NCBI GenBank assembly: GCA_010405405.1
Contig: MU004235.1
Coordinates: forward strand, 1,130,538 to 1,194,537
Reading direction: 5' to 3'
DNA from: Microthyrium microscopicum
Taxonomy: Eukaryota
DNA length: 64,000 bases
A program made the translations under genes and the position numbers. Below are positions 1 to 11,699 of the stretch, piece after piece. Position 1 is the first letter of the stretch. Every line of letters starts with the position of its first letter. The notes beneath the pieces are model-generated. The model was not told where the DNA came from. It ran no database searches and saw only the letters and a list, made by a program, of their open reading frames with translations.

Positions 1-710
1 TAACAAGCCAACGTGCTATGTTTGTCACTGAGTACTCACAAGTTAAGCGAAGTTGATTTAGTGCTGTGTTTTGATATTTGAGAGCATGTTGAACCCACAC
101 CCTTTCAGTTGGTCTTTGATATGCCATGTGAAATGCTGATAGACTGAGAATGCCATTCATGAGATATGGATGCTCCATAGCCAGACCAGGAAGTCCTTCT
201 TCTGTAGCATCTCGTCAGCAAGTATGTCACAAATCAACAGCTGCTGTGGGCTTATCTTACTCCATAGTATGATCATGCCAGATCCCATTGCTGAAAACTC
301 TTTGACGGTGTTTGTAGTGAAATGTGACATTAAAAACACATCGCGACTCCATTGCTAGACAATCTTAGCCACTTGCAGTCCTACAGCACACTCGAACATA
401 CCGATGATAATGCAGGCCTGTCTATGCCATTACACGTGAGGCACTCAACTACGCGATACTCGTTTCTTCTTTCGCATTTCTCATTTCTGTTTACACAATT
501 CGTGCATGGATATAGTTCGTCACACTTGGGTACAAAGTCAGAAGTGGCGATCTATAATATATCGTGAACACTAATTACCTTGACTCTGCGTGCTTTGCAG
601 TGCACACAGCCATTTCGAGACTTTTTGTGCTTCCGTATCCTCGGGTTTGCCGAAGTTCTCCTGGTTGCGATACTGTTCGGTGAGCTATCAGATCGCGGCG
701 AGCGTGACAT
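1..710 (-). CDS. Zn2Cys6 transcription factor, UPC2/sterol-regulator-like (5' part; runs off the window's left edge)
   Basis: Spliced reading KHKKSRNGCVHCKARRVK|CDELYPCTNCVNRNEKC across intron 525-578. Later exons give FLMSHFTTNT...W and AMEHPYLMNGILSLSAFH, typical of this family. Confidence 0.85.
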
Positions 711-1447
711 GTTCCAAAAATGGCTTCTGCTTGGGTTCCAGGAGAGTAGTGAAGTTAAGGTAAAATGCTTGAATGACGCCAAAGTTTCCAAGATCGGTCC
801 GAGCAGTGCCTGCGATCTCTGTAACATGGGCCAAAAGCACCGCTTCAATACCAACCGCCGTATATAGATTAAGTCCAAAGCGTTGACCCTGGGATTTCTT
901 AGGCTGGTGTAGTAAGTTCTTGTCCTACCTACCTATAAGGTCAGGTACCTTGAGCGCTTGGAATGAAAATGTGCCAGCGTGATTGGAACGTTTGAGTATC
1001 AACTCCCAATAAGTCAATGACCTGGGCGTCGACCCTCGAGCAAACCCTGATTCCGCTTCCCAATCTCAACATGAAACTCTCTACATGACCTGTCTGCGTG
1101 TTCTTCGGGTTCGGTCCGGTACTGCCCTGAGTTGCTACAATAACCAATTGGAGTAAAGTTGCCCAAAGTTCTTTATGGTTATGTGTAGATTCTTTCCGGG
1201 TTCCAAGCTCCTTTGAACCCACGCGCCCTCTGGCGCTAGCTATGTCTCCATGGCCTCTTTAATGACATCTTAATTAAGCTTGCCCCCGGACTTCCCAACT
1301 ACCTGTTTAGTATGTACCAGTTCGAGCAAACTATGCGGTATGCGGCGGCAGTATTTACGGCATCGTGTTTTTAGGTTTAGATAAAATGGCCGCCAACGCA
1401 GCAGAGCCTCCGGGTAGCCAACCTTTCAGGAACTGGAATTTCTCAAA

Positions 1448-3295
1448 ATGGGAAGTATGACAATTTGGTCGCTAGCAACTTTGCTAGTTGCTTCTCTTCC
1501 AGCTCTAGTCCAGGGTCAAAAGGCAAACAGTCTTCCCACCGTGAAGCTGCCTTATGGCACATATCAGGCCAAGTCCTATGATGCGACTAACGATGTGGGT
1601 CCTCCATGACCTTCACCAGTATAAGTTTTGACCAATGATTTCAGATCTACCTCTTCCAGAATATTCGTTTCGCCGCTCCCCCGGTGCGGTTCTCCAAGCC
1701 TCAACCCCCCGCCAACAACGATACTCTCCAAACTGGAGACTATGGCCCAGGCTGCCCTCAGATGATACCAGGGGGAATTGGCGGTGGTCTCGATCTTGGT
1801 AGTCTCATCAATGGTCTCTCTGGATCCGCTGAAGACTGTTTGTTTGTCGACGTCTTTGTTCCTGGCAAGGCGTTGAAGAGTGGCGCAAAACTTCCTGTCG
1901 TCAACTGGATATACGGAGGCGCCTATGTCTTGGGAGAGAAGAGTGGCATGTATGGGGGTACTCCCATTGTCAAAGCCGCGAACGGCAATCTGATTTATGT
2001 CTCCGGAAACTATCGCGTAAGTCATACCGAAGAAATATTGTAGGATTTCTTCTGACTTGATGCCGATAGCTTGGCGTTCTTGGTTTCCTAGCAGGTACCA
2101 CCATGGAGAAAGAAGGCGCGCCAAACGCCGGCCTATGGGACCAGCGCCTTCTCATGGAGTGGATCCAGAAATACATTGGTCTGTTTGGTGGTGATGCAAA
2201 CGAAGTCAGTGTATGGGGAGAATCTGCCGGAGCTGGATCAATTATCCACCACTTGACTGCGTTCGGCGGAAAGAACGGACCAGCGCTTTTCAAACGAGCC
2301 ATTATCATGAGCCCAGCATACGACCAGCAGCTCGATAGAAAAGGTCAACTGGAAAAGGGCTACCAAGATATCGCCAGGCGAGCGGGCTGTGGAGGCAAGA
2401 ATGTCGACTGTTTACGCAAGGTGTCTCTCACCACCGTGATGAAAGCCGCCAGTGACTGGACTGGCACCGTCCCTGGAGACAAGCCTGGGTTTGGGTAAGA
2501 CTACAAACACCTCTTTAATACTTGACGCTAACTCACTTAAAAGGCCTGCTGCTGACGGAGTGTTTGTCCGCCAAATCCCGTCCTTGGAATTCGCTGCTGG
2601 CAACTTTGCCAAAAACGTCGAATCCGTCATTCTCTCACACACCGCCAACGAAGGTCTCATGTTTGTCCCGCGAACCGTCACTCCTACCTCGTTCAGCGAT
2701 ACGATCAAGTTCTACTGGGGCGCATCACCGAAAACCGTCGCCGCCATTGAGGCGCAATTCCCGCTCTCAAAGTTCAAGGACGAGAAAGATCGATTCCGCC
2801 TGCTCTACCAATGGTCGACATTTGCATGTTCCGCACGCTACGGAGCTGAAGCATATAAGGGCAAGGCGTACAATATGCAGTACTCGGTAGGCACTGGCCT
2901 GCATGGCAGTGACTTGAACGCATTGTTCAATCAAGGAGGACTGGCGTCGCTTTTCAATCCATCGCTGGCTGCGCTGTCCCCAAAGTATCGCAATTACTTT
3001 GTTTCGCACGCGCTGACCAAAGGAGATCCGAACAAGCTCAAGTCTTTGGCCACTCCATCTTGGCCTCTGGTCACTATTGCGCCGAGTCTGTCTGGAGTGC
3101 TGAATGTCACGGACACGGACTTCAAGTTGATTGAGGATCCAGAAATCACGGCGGCGGACTGTGGTTTCTGGACGAAGGTTCTTGGAGAGGCGACAAAAGA
3201 ACTGGGTAAGTACTAACATAAGCAACAAAGCTCGACTGGCTAACTTTACCACAGGATATAGCCCAAGTTCATCTGCGAGTCAAGTTCACTCATAG
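1448..3295 (+). CDS. Secreted type-B carboxylesterase/lipase
   Basis: Hydrophobic signal peptide (MGSMTIWSLATLLVASLPALVQG). Motifs EDCLFVDV, WIYGGAY, NAGLWDQ, GESAG nucleophile, ANEG and LHGSD. Four short GT-AG introns join ORFs 1684, 2103 and 2452. Confidence 0.93.
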
Positions 3296-3686
3296 CGGAA
3301 CTTATTTGATCAGGCTCGAAGTGGTATATAAGCTAGAGTGTAGCAGTAATAAGAGGATAGCAAAGATCTGATATATCGCATTTGAATTAAGTGAAAGCTT
3401 TGGGCGGTACTTCCATCACCTACGTTGCCACAAAAGCACCTCTGCAGGAATGACGATGCAAATTCCATTCACACTTCATGGCTTCGCCTGTGTTCTAGAA
3501 CTTGATGGGGAGCAAGGCCTTTGCTCAGTTACATGTCAGTTGGGAGCCATCGCAATCGTTGGAAGAGCGACAATTTATTCAACTGTGTGATATCTTCACA
3601 AGATTGGATTTTCTCTCCTACACGAGATGGGCTACACATTGATTACATTCCCCTAAACATTTCGCCCCACTGTTCCATCTGTGCAA

Positions 3687-6629
3687 TCAGACCCGAGGAG
3701 GCTTCTCCGAATTGGTTTGTGTTGTCTGCTGATCGACAATATCATCTTCCTTCAGGATGAAGTCATCGCTGTTCATGCTGTGGTACTGGATGCGGAAGAA
3801 GATAGAGATTACGAACATTGTGATCGCTGGTCCTATCCAAACCCAAATTAAACCAGGATCTAAAATCCGTTAGTATATATGATCATGAAAGAGTATCTAG
3901 AAAGCCAAAACCCGCTAAAAAGACCACTTGGTCTTTCCAGAACGAAATTCCATCGCGGTTTATGGCAGCCAAGGAGTGCTTTGGGAGCCATGACACGGTA
4001 TTGTATGAACACAAGATTTTTTGCACAAGGAAAACTTACCCTTTATAGCAGGAGTGACGATGAGGCCCAGGGCAGACGATAGCGCGTTCATGAACATGAA
4101 GATGGACATGACTAGTGATTTCATGTTTTTAGGTGAGCGCGCATATGCAATTTCGTATGCGGTGACCTGACAGAAGCATTCGCTCATAGCACCGAGAATG
4201 TAAATCGGAGCCTGAGCCCATACGGAAATGGTCGAAACTCCCTTCTTGCATGTGGTGACATAATAACCACAAGGGTTCGTTTGGTAGACTTGCCATTGGA
4301 GGATTGCGGCAACGACTGAGCTGATCCAAGCGAGCGTGAAACCAAAGGTGATGCGACTGATACGACCGGGCATCAAGTTCCATCGTTCCAAATTAGGATA
4401 GATGACATAGGTCAGAAGAGGCACAAACCAGATGAGGGTAAGTGGGTTGAAGTTTTGGATCACATCATTTGATGCCGCAGAGCCTTTAGTCATGGTGGCG
4501 CCTTGGGAGTTGGCAACGTTACCTGAGAATAATCAGTATAAAATAGACTTCAAAAGTTCAAACAGTCTATATGGTCATTTCGAGATGATACCATGAAAAG
4601 CATCATGAAGGTCATCGCATTTGATGGAAGCGATATCATACGCCTACGAATGCAGCTTATGGCAGCCATCAAAAGCGCTGACAGTCATTATCGCTTTCGA
4701 GTTCTTGAATTTTGTCAAGAAATGAAACTCGACACAAGTGAAGCTTACCAATACCGCCGTCATTGAGGTACCACACAGGAAACCATAGAAACATGACGCA
4801 GGCTCTCACCGTTCGCTTGACATCGTCAACGAATTTGTCGTCCCAAGTAATTGGTTTTTTGCGGTAGGTTGTGATGCCTGGAATCCGTTAGCAGAGATAC
4901 GATCGGAACTGGCTAATAAGCTTTGGATAGACCATTGGGTCTGTTTGGCAGGAAATCACAAAACAGCCATCGCGTTCGGTGGCAGCCACATCACTCGATT
5001 GGAAACGCATTCCATGGGATCCATCGAACGCGCAGGCAGCCATCGCCATTTCTTGCTTGTCTTCAATGGCATCGATATGTGATAGGGGCGGGAAATCTTA
5101 CCCATAGCAGCAAGATTGGTCGGCTTTGCGACATCGAGACCAGCTTTCCCCCAGAATTTGCCCTTGTTATGTTTTAGTGCGATGCCAACAACCTTGAAAA
5201 AGTTATCTAGCTCAGAGGCATCTGGCTGCGTGAGTTTCGTATGCTTCTTCGCAAAGATGAGAACCAGAGGAAGCATGAAATAGATGACCCCAGGGATCAA
5301 AAATGCGAGCCAGAATCCAACAAATTTTTCAGCATATGCGGTGGCAAGGCCAACGAATGCACCAACGTTAACGAAGCAATAGAACATCAAAGCGATCCGG
5401 TTCATAGTCAGTTCGCTCGAAATGATGACTCGTTCCCCACTCTTGAGGGTTGAGACATAATCCTCATGCGTCTCGTATTGATCGAGAACAATCGGCAGGA
5501 TGTTGGGTTTGAACAAGCCTGCGCCGATAGCCAGCAGAATCAAGCTTACCACGAATGGTGCCTCTCCTTGACCCTTCTGCAGAACGCTTGGAAGCGCTCC
5601 AAAGATCTGAACGATATGAGAGATACCACAGATGAGGACGCCTATCATGACGGTTCGATAACGGCCGAGCTTGGCATCGCCAATCCAAGCACCCAAGATT
5701 GGAATCGTGTAAGCCAGGAATCTGAACACGAGAGTGAGAGAATTAGAATATTGAAATCCCTAGTAAAGTCAGTATAGATTATAACGGATGAAGAGTTGAC
5801 GTGGTGCCCATAAGTGGGATTCTCCCATGTAACACGCTTTCATTTCGAATGTTTTGCTTCCCATAGCATGCTAGAGGAAATAGAACATATTCTTCTACCG
5901 CAGGCTTTGGGTAATAAAAGATATACTCTTTACCGCCTGCTATGGGAGATAAAGTATATTTTTTACGAGACCCGATGGAGCCCTTTGTATTCGAGGGGTT
6001 GGCTTACCTTTCCTAGTCCTCCTGGGGCGTCTTCTTTGAAAATAGGATTCGACGGATTTCGAGCTGGAGCACCAGCTCCATTGCCTTCACGAGGAAGAGG
6101 CCACTGCATGAAATTGGAAAAGACCTGGGAAGCGCCGTAATAGGAAGCGCGTTCAGCAAACTCGACAACGCAAAGAATGAATGCTATCCAGGGAACTCGT
6201 CCCGAAATCTTGCGAAGTGTACGAGCTTCTTCTTCCGTAGGAATGGACCCAGGTAGGTGGGCAATTGGAATTGGATGATTTACATGTCCGTCGCTACCGC
6301 CAGAGCTAGATATTTTGGTGCTATCCTCGAGAATTTGTTCCTTTTCTCCGATAATGAGAGAATTGCGAGCATGTTTTTCGACAACATGGGGTGGAGGACG
6401 CGAGGCCACAGCGTCGCCAATGACGGTGGCGGTAGCTAAGCCATAGTTAGCAAAATCGCAATAGCTCTTATGTGATATCATGGCGCCCAGATGCTTCAAT
6501 TGACACGGAGCGGCGATAGAGTGCGCTGGCGCCCAGACGATGCAATGGTCACGCTGCGGCGATAGAGTGCGCTGATGAGGATAGACCACGATGCCAACAA
6601 AAGTGTGCGCAGAAGGAATACGTACCCAT
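3687..6629 (-). CDS. PTR2: POT/PTR family proton-dependent oligopeptide transporter
   Basis: EFAERASYYG (ExxERFxYYG), GAWIGDAKLGRYRT, GAGLFKPNI, FYCFVNVGA and YEIAYARSPKNMKS motifs. Six exons reconstructed; start inferred as a 4-nt ATGG exon at 6626-6629. Confidence 0.92.
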
Positions 6630-8682
6630 TCAGAAAGCGATAGACTTTCAAATTTTGGAGGACCAAACGGATGTGGATGTTGCAACAGAGTGTGTCAAAC
6701 TCTTAGATTTATCGACAAGTGGGGGATGGTTGATGGTGTAAAGTCGGAGGTTGGCACGCTCTCATGTTTCGGAGGGAGTGATACTAAACTCAAGAGGCCA
6801 AAGCTTCCAAGCAATTGGCAAGAACAGTCGTATAAAACAGAAAGAGCGACTGCCCAGTGCTAGCCCACCATTGGGGGGAAAGGGCGACCCGTAGCACGAC
6901 TGCCAGTTGGAGCCATGAGGAAGGTGCCAACTGGGTCCCAAGACAGTAGCTACTTCCCAAGAAAGTCGAAAATAACTGGAGCAGTTTCCACGACAAATGT
7001 TCCTTCCGAGAGCTTTCGCTTGTTGCCGTAAAAAGGTGAAGAAATGGGTTATCAAATCTACCTAGGTAAACTTGATATGTTGTTGAATTGATATCATCTG
7101 GCAGATATCCCTCCTGCTTTTAATAAAGTTTGAAGTCGCGACCTAGAATATAGGCAGCCTTGGCCAACCCATTGTTATCTTGAGTCTGTCAGCTAGGTGG
7201 ATATCAAAGGTATCAAACTGTGTTCGAATGTGTACGCCTTTTGAGATGCGATACATCAAATCAGTTGTCAAGATAGTACATACACGATAGGGCATACAAG
7301 ACAGGGGACTGTTCGCAGATTGGGCGTCTTGACCAGTGCCGAATTCGTCCCGAGAGTGCGGTAATATAATCCAGGATAGTGAGAGGGAAGCATTTCCGTG
7401 GCCGCCTTTCTCTTTGGGAACTTGATAGTCTGTATGGCCAAGCTCTCGTCACGAAGCAACAGAAAGCGGCACTAACACATCTCCTAAATTGACTAGGCTC
7501 TGTAATGGCTGGCACAAGATGAAAACGAAGTTCATGTGATGGCGGAGATATCTGGGAAGCTAAGGCGAGGCTGAAGGCGCCATTGCAGAGATGTTTCAAA
7601 CTCAATTCGCCGTAATCGCGTGCTCTTAGCTAGAATAAGCGTCATTTTCTGTTGGCTTTTGTTCGAGTTCTGGGCGCTAGGAGTAGCCTTATCACAACCT
7701 CATGTGGTTGAGGCCATCATTTCAGAACTCGGTACCATTGTTTACAGTTGACAGTGTTGAATTACGAAGCATCCTTTTCTCTCTTTGATATCGAGGAATG
7801 ATGTTTTAGCCAAGTGGTTCCAAGCTCTTGTGCGCATTTGAGCCATGTCGAATTGTAACTTGGATTTGGCCACTGCAGTAAATTGAAGAATGGGCGACAA
7901 CGTGGTCGACAACGTGAGCTAGCACTGCAGAGTTGGCTGCGTATTGTTAAGATGTTACATTGAACCGTGGAACAGAATCTTACCTGCCTATCGTAGGGTG
8001 CCATTGGTGAGACTGTATTCTTTCTCAAGACTCCAGACATCGATTGGCATCTCGGCGCAAGCGAGGTATTCTGGAAAGTTGATGGGGTGTAGTCCCGCGA
8101 ACCGATCACGAACCAGGAATTTGGTAAGCTCAGAATATGGCATCTGTAGAGGATTTACGAACCAATTCCTGGAAAAGTCACAAGATGGACGTTAGCAAAT
8201 CGGTAGTTCCATACAGGAGACTAGTGTCAGCTTCTGTGTCGCCGAAATGGTTATACTGCAGCTCGGTTTGCTTACCGAGATGAGCACTTACATAGTATAA
8301 CATGAAGACTGTACTCTGGGTGTAACAGGTTTTTAACCGCCGCAGTCCTTAAGTGTCCTCATGACACGCACAAATCAACCAATTCGTGTGCTCGTTGAGC
8401 TGAACGCCAGTAATAGTATGGTACTGCGCTCGAACAACATCTTTTCACGACGTTAGTAGGTCCAGACGCCGTTATAATTGCTGATGCGGTAATTGAATGC
8501 AGCTCACAAAGCTGTGAGTATGGAGAGATCACAACGATTCGAAAGAGAATATAGATGTTGACGGAGTACAGTTTCTTTGAATTAGCCAAGCCGCTCAATG
8601 CACCAACCGGCAAGCTGCTCAGAACTCCGTACCAAATGTGCAAAAGTGGTGACGCCCATTGCCCGGAAGTGCAAGCTGCTTT

Positions 8683-9453
8683 TTAGTTACTCAATGCCAT
8701 TATGGAATTGACGATGTCGTTGTCATTTTCCTTGAGAGCCTTGACCGCCTTTTTGCGCGACACACTGGCTTGCGCCATGACGAGGCTAATGTCCTTGTCT
8801 TCCAAACCTTCCTCATCGACCTCTTCACCATCGTCTTCATCTTCGTCCTTCTTGGCTTCAGCGGCATCAATGGCTTTGCCCTTGTGGCTGTGATCGTGGC
8901 CCTCGTGTCCGGCATCAACGTTGGCCATCTGCTGGGCAGCCGCGGCTTGAGCCTGGGAGTTAAGGTCCTCTATCTTGGCTTCGCCGAAGATACTGTTGCT
9001 AGTGGTTAGCTTGGGATAGAGTGAAGGAGGTCGAAAGCGTACATATAGGTGTTGCTCGACGGGGACTTGTAGACATCTGGGCTGTTGATAACGAACAAGA
9101 TCTACAATCAATTGGTTAGTATCATTTAAAATATCAGGCGCTGGAGTTCCCGCATGGAGAGCTTCAGGGCGCTAACGATTCTCTGGAAAAGGAGCACTTA
9201 CGCCCTTTGGTCGGCGAAGAGTAACTCGAGTAATGCCTTCGACTTGCTTCAAGCCAAGCTTTGCAATTTGCTTGCGAGCCTTCTTCTCATTGCGTGAATG
9301 GATAGCAACTTGAGCTCCGGCGGGTATGCTAGCCTCCTCGCCAGCATCGGCAGCCTCTGGCTCAGAGTCGGAATCAGAGCTGTCTGCCTCCTCAACTTGA
9401 ACGTTCTTCTTCTCTGGCTCATCAGGGAGCTCCTCGATGCGTGAACTCGCCAT
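8683..9453 (-). CDS. EGD2: Nascent polypeptide-associated complex subunit alpha
   Basis: SRNEKKARK...[46 protein letters not shown] and C-terminal [23 protein letters not shown]...[10 protein letters not shown]. Two introns. Confidence 0.97.
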
Positions 9454-10012
9454 TTCGATCGGTAGGGTGAGCGGAATGGGTAGAATGGGTAGCGGGGTTT
9501 GGCGGTGAAATTCAGCACAACTTTCAGGCTGGATGTTCTGGTTGTCTAAGAAAACGATGTGGGCAAGTAGTCTACTCCGAAGTTAATCCGGTATTCGCGC
9601 TAGTGGCGCTTATTCAGCTACCAGTAGCCGCGACCACACATTTACAGTATAAACTCTCACCATTTGAGATTCATTGTGAGGATTGAAGCCCCTGGGAAGT
9701 CGTGGAAATAATCAACCGCAATTAAACGTTCGCGACAACGCTACTGCCAAGTTCTACGAAGCACAATAGAGAAATTTATCTTGAAAAGCCACTCTTGGTG
9801 GTTGCAAAATGTTCGCATTCAACTCCAGCCCATAGCCTAATGCACAAGAGTCATTGAGACTTAATCCTAGTCTGATGACATGAAAGGGTTATTTTGATTC
9901 AATAGACAAGTTCATGGATACCATCCATCCTTCCTTATCTCGCTTGGAATGAAGTGCCCACGACTCTTTGAGAATCCACCCATTATCCGAACTGATCATA
10001 AACGCCGTTTTC

Positions 10013-10818
10013 CTATGCTTTGCTCTTCGCCGCCAACTTCTTCGTCTGGAAGGTTCGCTGTGCCATAGTTAGTCAAATTGGTCCTTGACGCAGTGCGCGG
10101 CGAAAGAAAGATTGAGTACGATCAAGATGCTGTAGAAACGGTCCCAAGATTTTTTCTGTGCCTCCACAAACAGCTCTCCGTAGACTCAAATCTTTCTATA
10201 CGACGGGAAAAGTGAAGGTATAACCCACCTGCTTGCGCGCACGCATGGCCTTGAAACGCTCAAAGTCGTTTAGTTGTCTCCGCTTCGTGCTCTTGACCCG
10301 GCTCTGAGCATGAGCACCCTCCTCCCACTTCTTGTCCACACCAGCGTCTGCCCACTTCTTCTTCAGAGGAGCATGTCCAATAGCACGAGGAAGTTTCTCG
10401 ATTTCGAATGGTGTGAGGGCGAGATGTGCGAGCGCAGCGGAGTGACGTGGGACGAGCTTGTCAGCTGATTCTGACGGGTTCTCGACGACAACCTAAAGAG
10501 AATGAGTAATTGCGCTTGGTTATATGACGGAGTATCGGATGGGAGTTGTGGGCTTTCAGTGCGGTGGACGTACTCGGTTGGCATCGTGAATTTCGACAAT
10601 GGTGGCAATACTGTCTCTGCGTTAGTGGTTTGATGCAAGAAACAAGTCGATTGACACCTACCGGTTCTCGTATTTGGTTCCACTGGAAAAGAGGACGACA
10701 CGGCCGACTTTGACGTTCTTCCAGCTATTAGACCGTTAGTATTCCAAATCCTAGCTGTGGTGAGGCCGTAGCGTTTCCATTAAGCATACCGAGGAGTTGT
10801 GATTGTAACGTCGCCCAT
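10013..10818 (-). CDS. RPL14: 60S ribosomal protein L14 (eL14)
   Basis: Five exons splice to MGDVTITTPRWKNVKVGRVVLF...IATIVEIHDANRVVV...LNDFERFKAMRARKQRTFQTKKLAAKSKA. Not seen in the ORF track because the exons are short. Confidence 0.93.
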
Positions 10819-11118
10819 TTTGTCTGTGTGCAAGAGTCGCCGAGGGTGGAATTGGGTCTTGCGGAGTTTGATGGGTTGTAGATTTCTAGTCAGAGAGGTT
10901 TGGTGTTGAGGTCAGATTTGTGGGCGTCCGTGCGCTTCTTGGCGCTAGTCCCACTTCCGCTCTTGCCTTCAAGATTTTATTTGACTTACAACCTCCAACA
11001 TTCTTCCAAACCTTTTCTTTCTCAGCACCGCGAAAAGCCTCCAGCTGTGGCCTTGGACTGCGCCTTTTTGTATTCAATTTCAAAGGTACGCATGATATAC
11101 TGCTCCTATTCCTTTTTT

Positions 11119-11218
11119 CTGATGAACAAAATTTGCGATTGATGCCTGCTACCGGAGTTACACGCCTGTTTCTCATACGGAGTTGGACAGCTGATATTCA
11201 ATTTCTTACATATTCTGA
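11119..11218 (+). ncRNA. Box C/D snoRNA, snR87/U16-like
   Basis: C box CTGATGA at 11119 followed by AATTTGCG, complementary to 18S CGCAAAUU (the snR87/U16 target, recalled). D box CTGA at 11215 is preceded by TTCTTACATATT, complementary to LSU AAUAUGUAAGAA. Confidence 0.75.
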
Positions 11219-11368
11219 TCTTTCAACCCACTGATTGCTTGCTAAAGATTCTTTTTGAGCATTGCTAACATGGCTTCCTAGGTATGGTATTCAGTAAGAA
11301 CAAGAGCGCTACTTTGTGAGAGCACCATCTTGGTAAGTCGAGCACATTTTTCACTCCCTCCAATTTTC

Positions 11369-11449
11369 CTGATGATAAACGTTTTCTGCCTAGATAGTAT
11401 CTGATCCGCAAGGAAATGATATTACCCAAACTAACACCAAGATCTCTGA
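11369..11449 (+). ncRNA. Box C/D snoRNA, U24/snR24-like
   Basis: C box CTGATGA at 11369, D' CTGA at 11401, C'-like ATGATA at 11416. The terminal CACCAAGATCT-CTGA matches the recalled U24 D guide (LSU AGAUCUUGGUG). Confidence 0.78.
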
Positions 11450-11699
11450 GCTTTTACCACATCTACACTTTGTTCACTGCCACTTTGAGAATGAAAGCTA
11501 ATCTGAACATGAGCACAGATTTTCCACTTGTAAAAGGTTCTCCGTCTTGATGACGAGTCAGAGTTCATATTAGATAGTACATCTATGGCCAATATAAGCA
11601 GAGTTTTCCACTTCTTTTCCCATCTAGTGAGGCCCCAGGCTATCGGGTATCTCAGCGCCAAATATCCAAATGCTTGCGCTATCATAGTACAAAGTTCCC

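Larger units (their letters stand above)
10960..11600 (+). ncRNA. Non-coding spliced snoRNA host transcript, divergent from RPL14 (ends approximate)
   Basis: Two canonical introns: 11086-11281 (GTACGC..GCTAAC..TAG) and 11333-11518 (GTAAGT..GCTAAT..CAG). Each contains a C/D box unit. No credible ORF in the exons. Confidence 0.7.
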
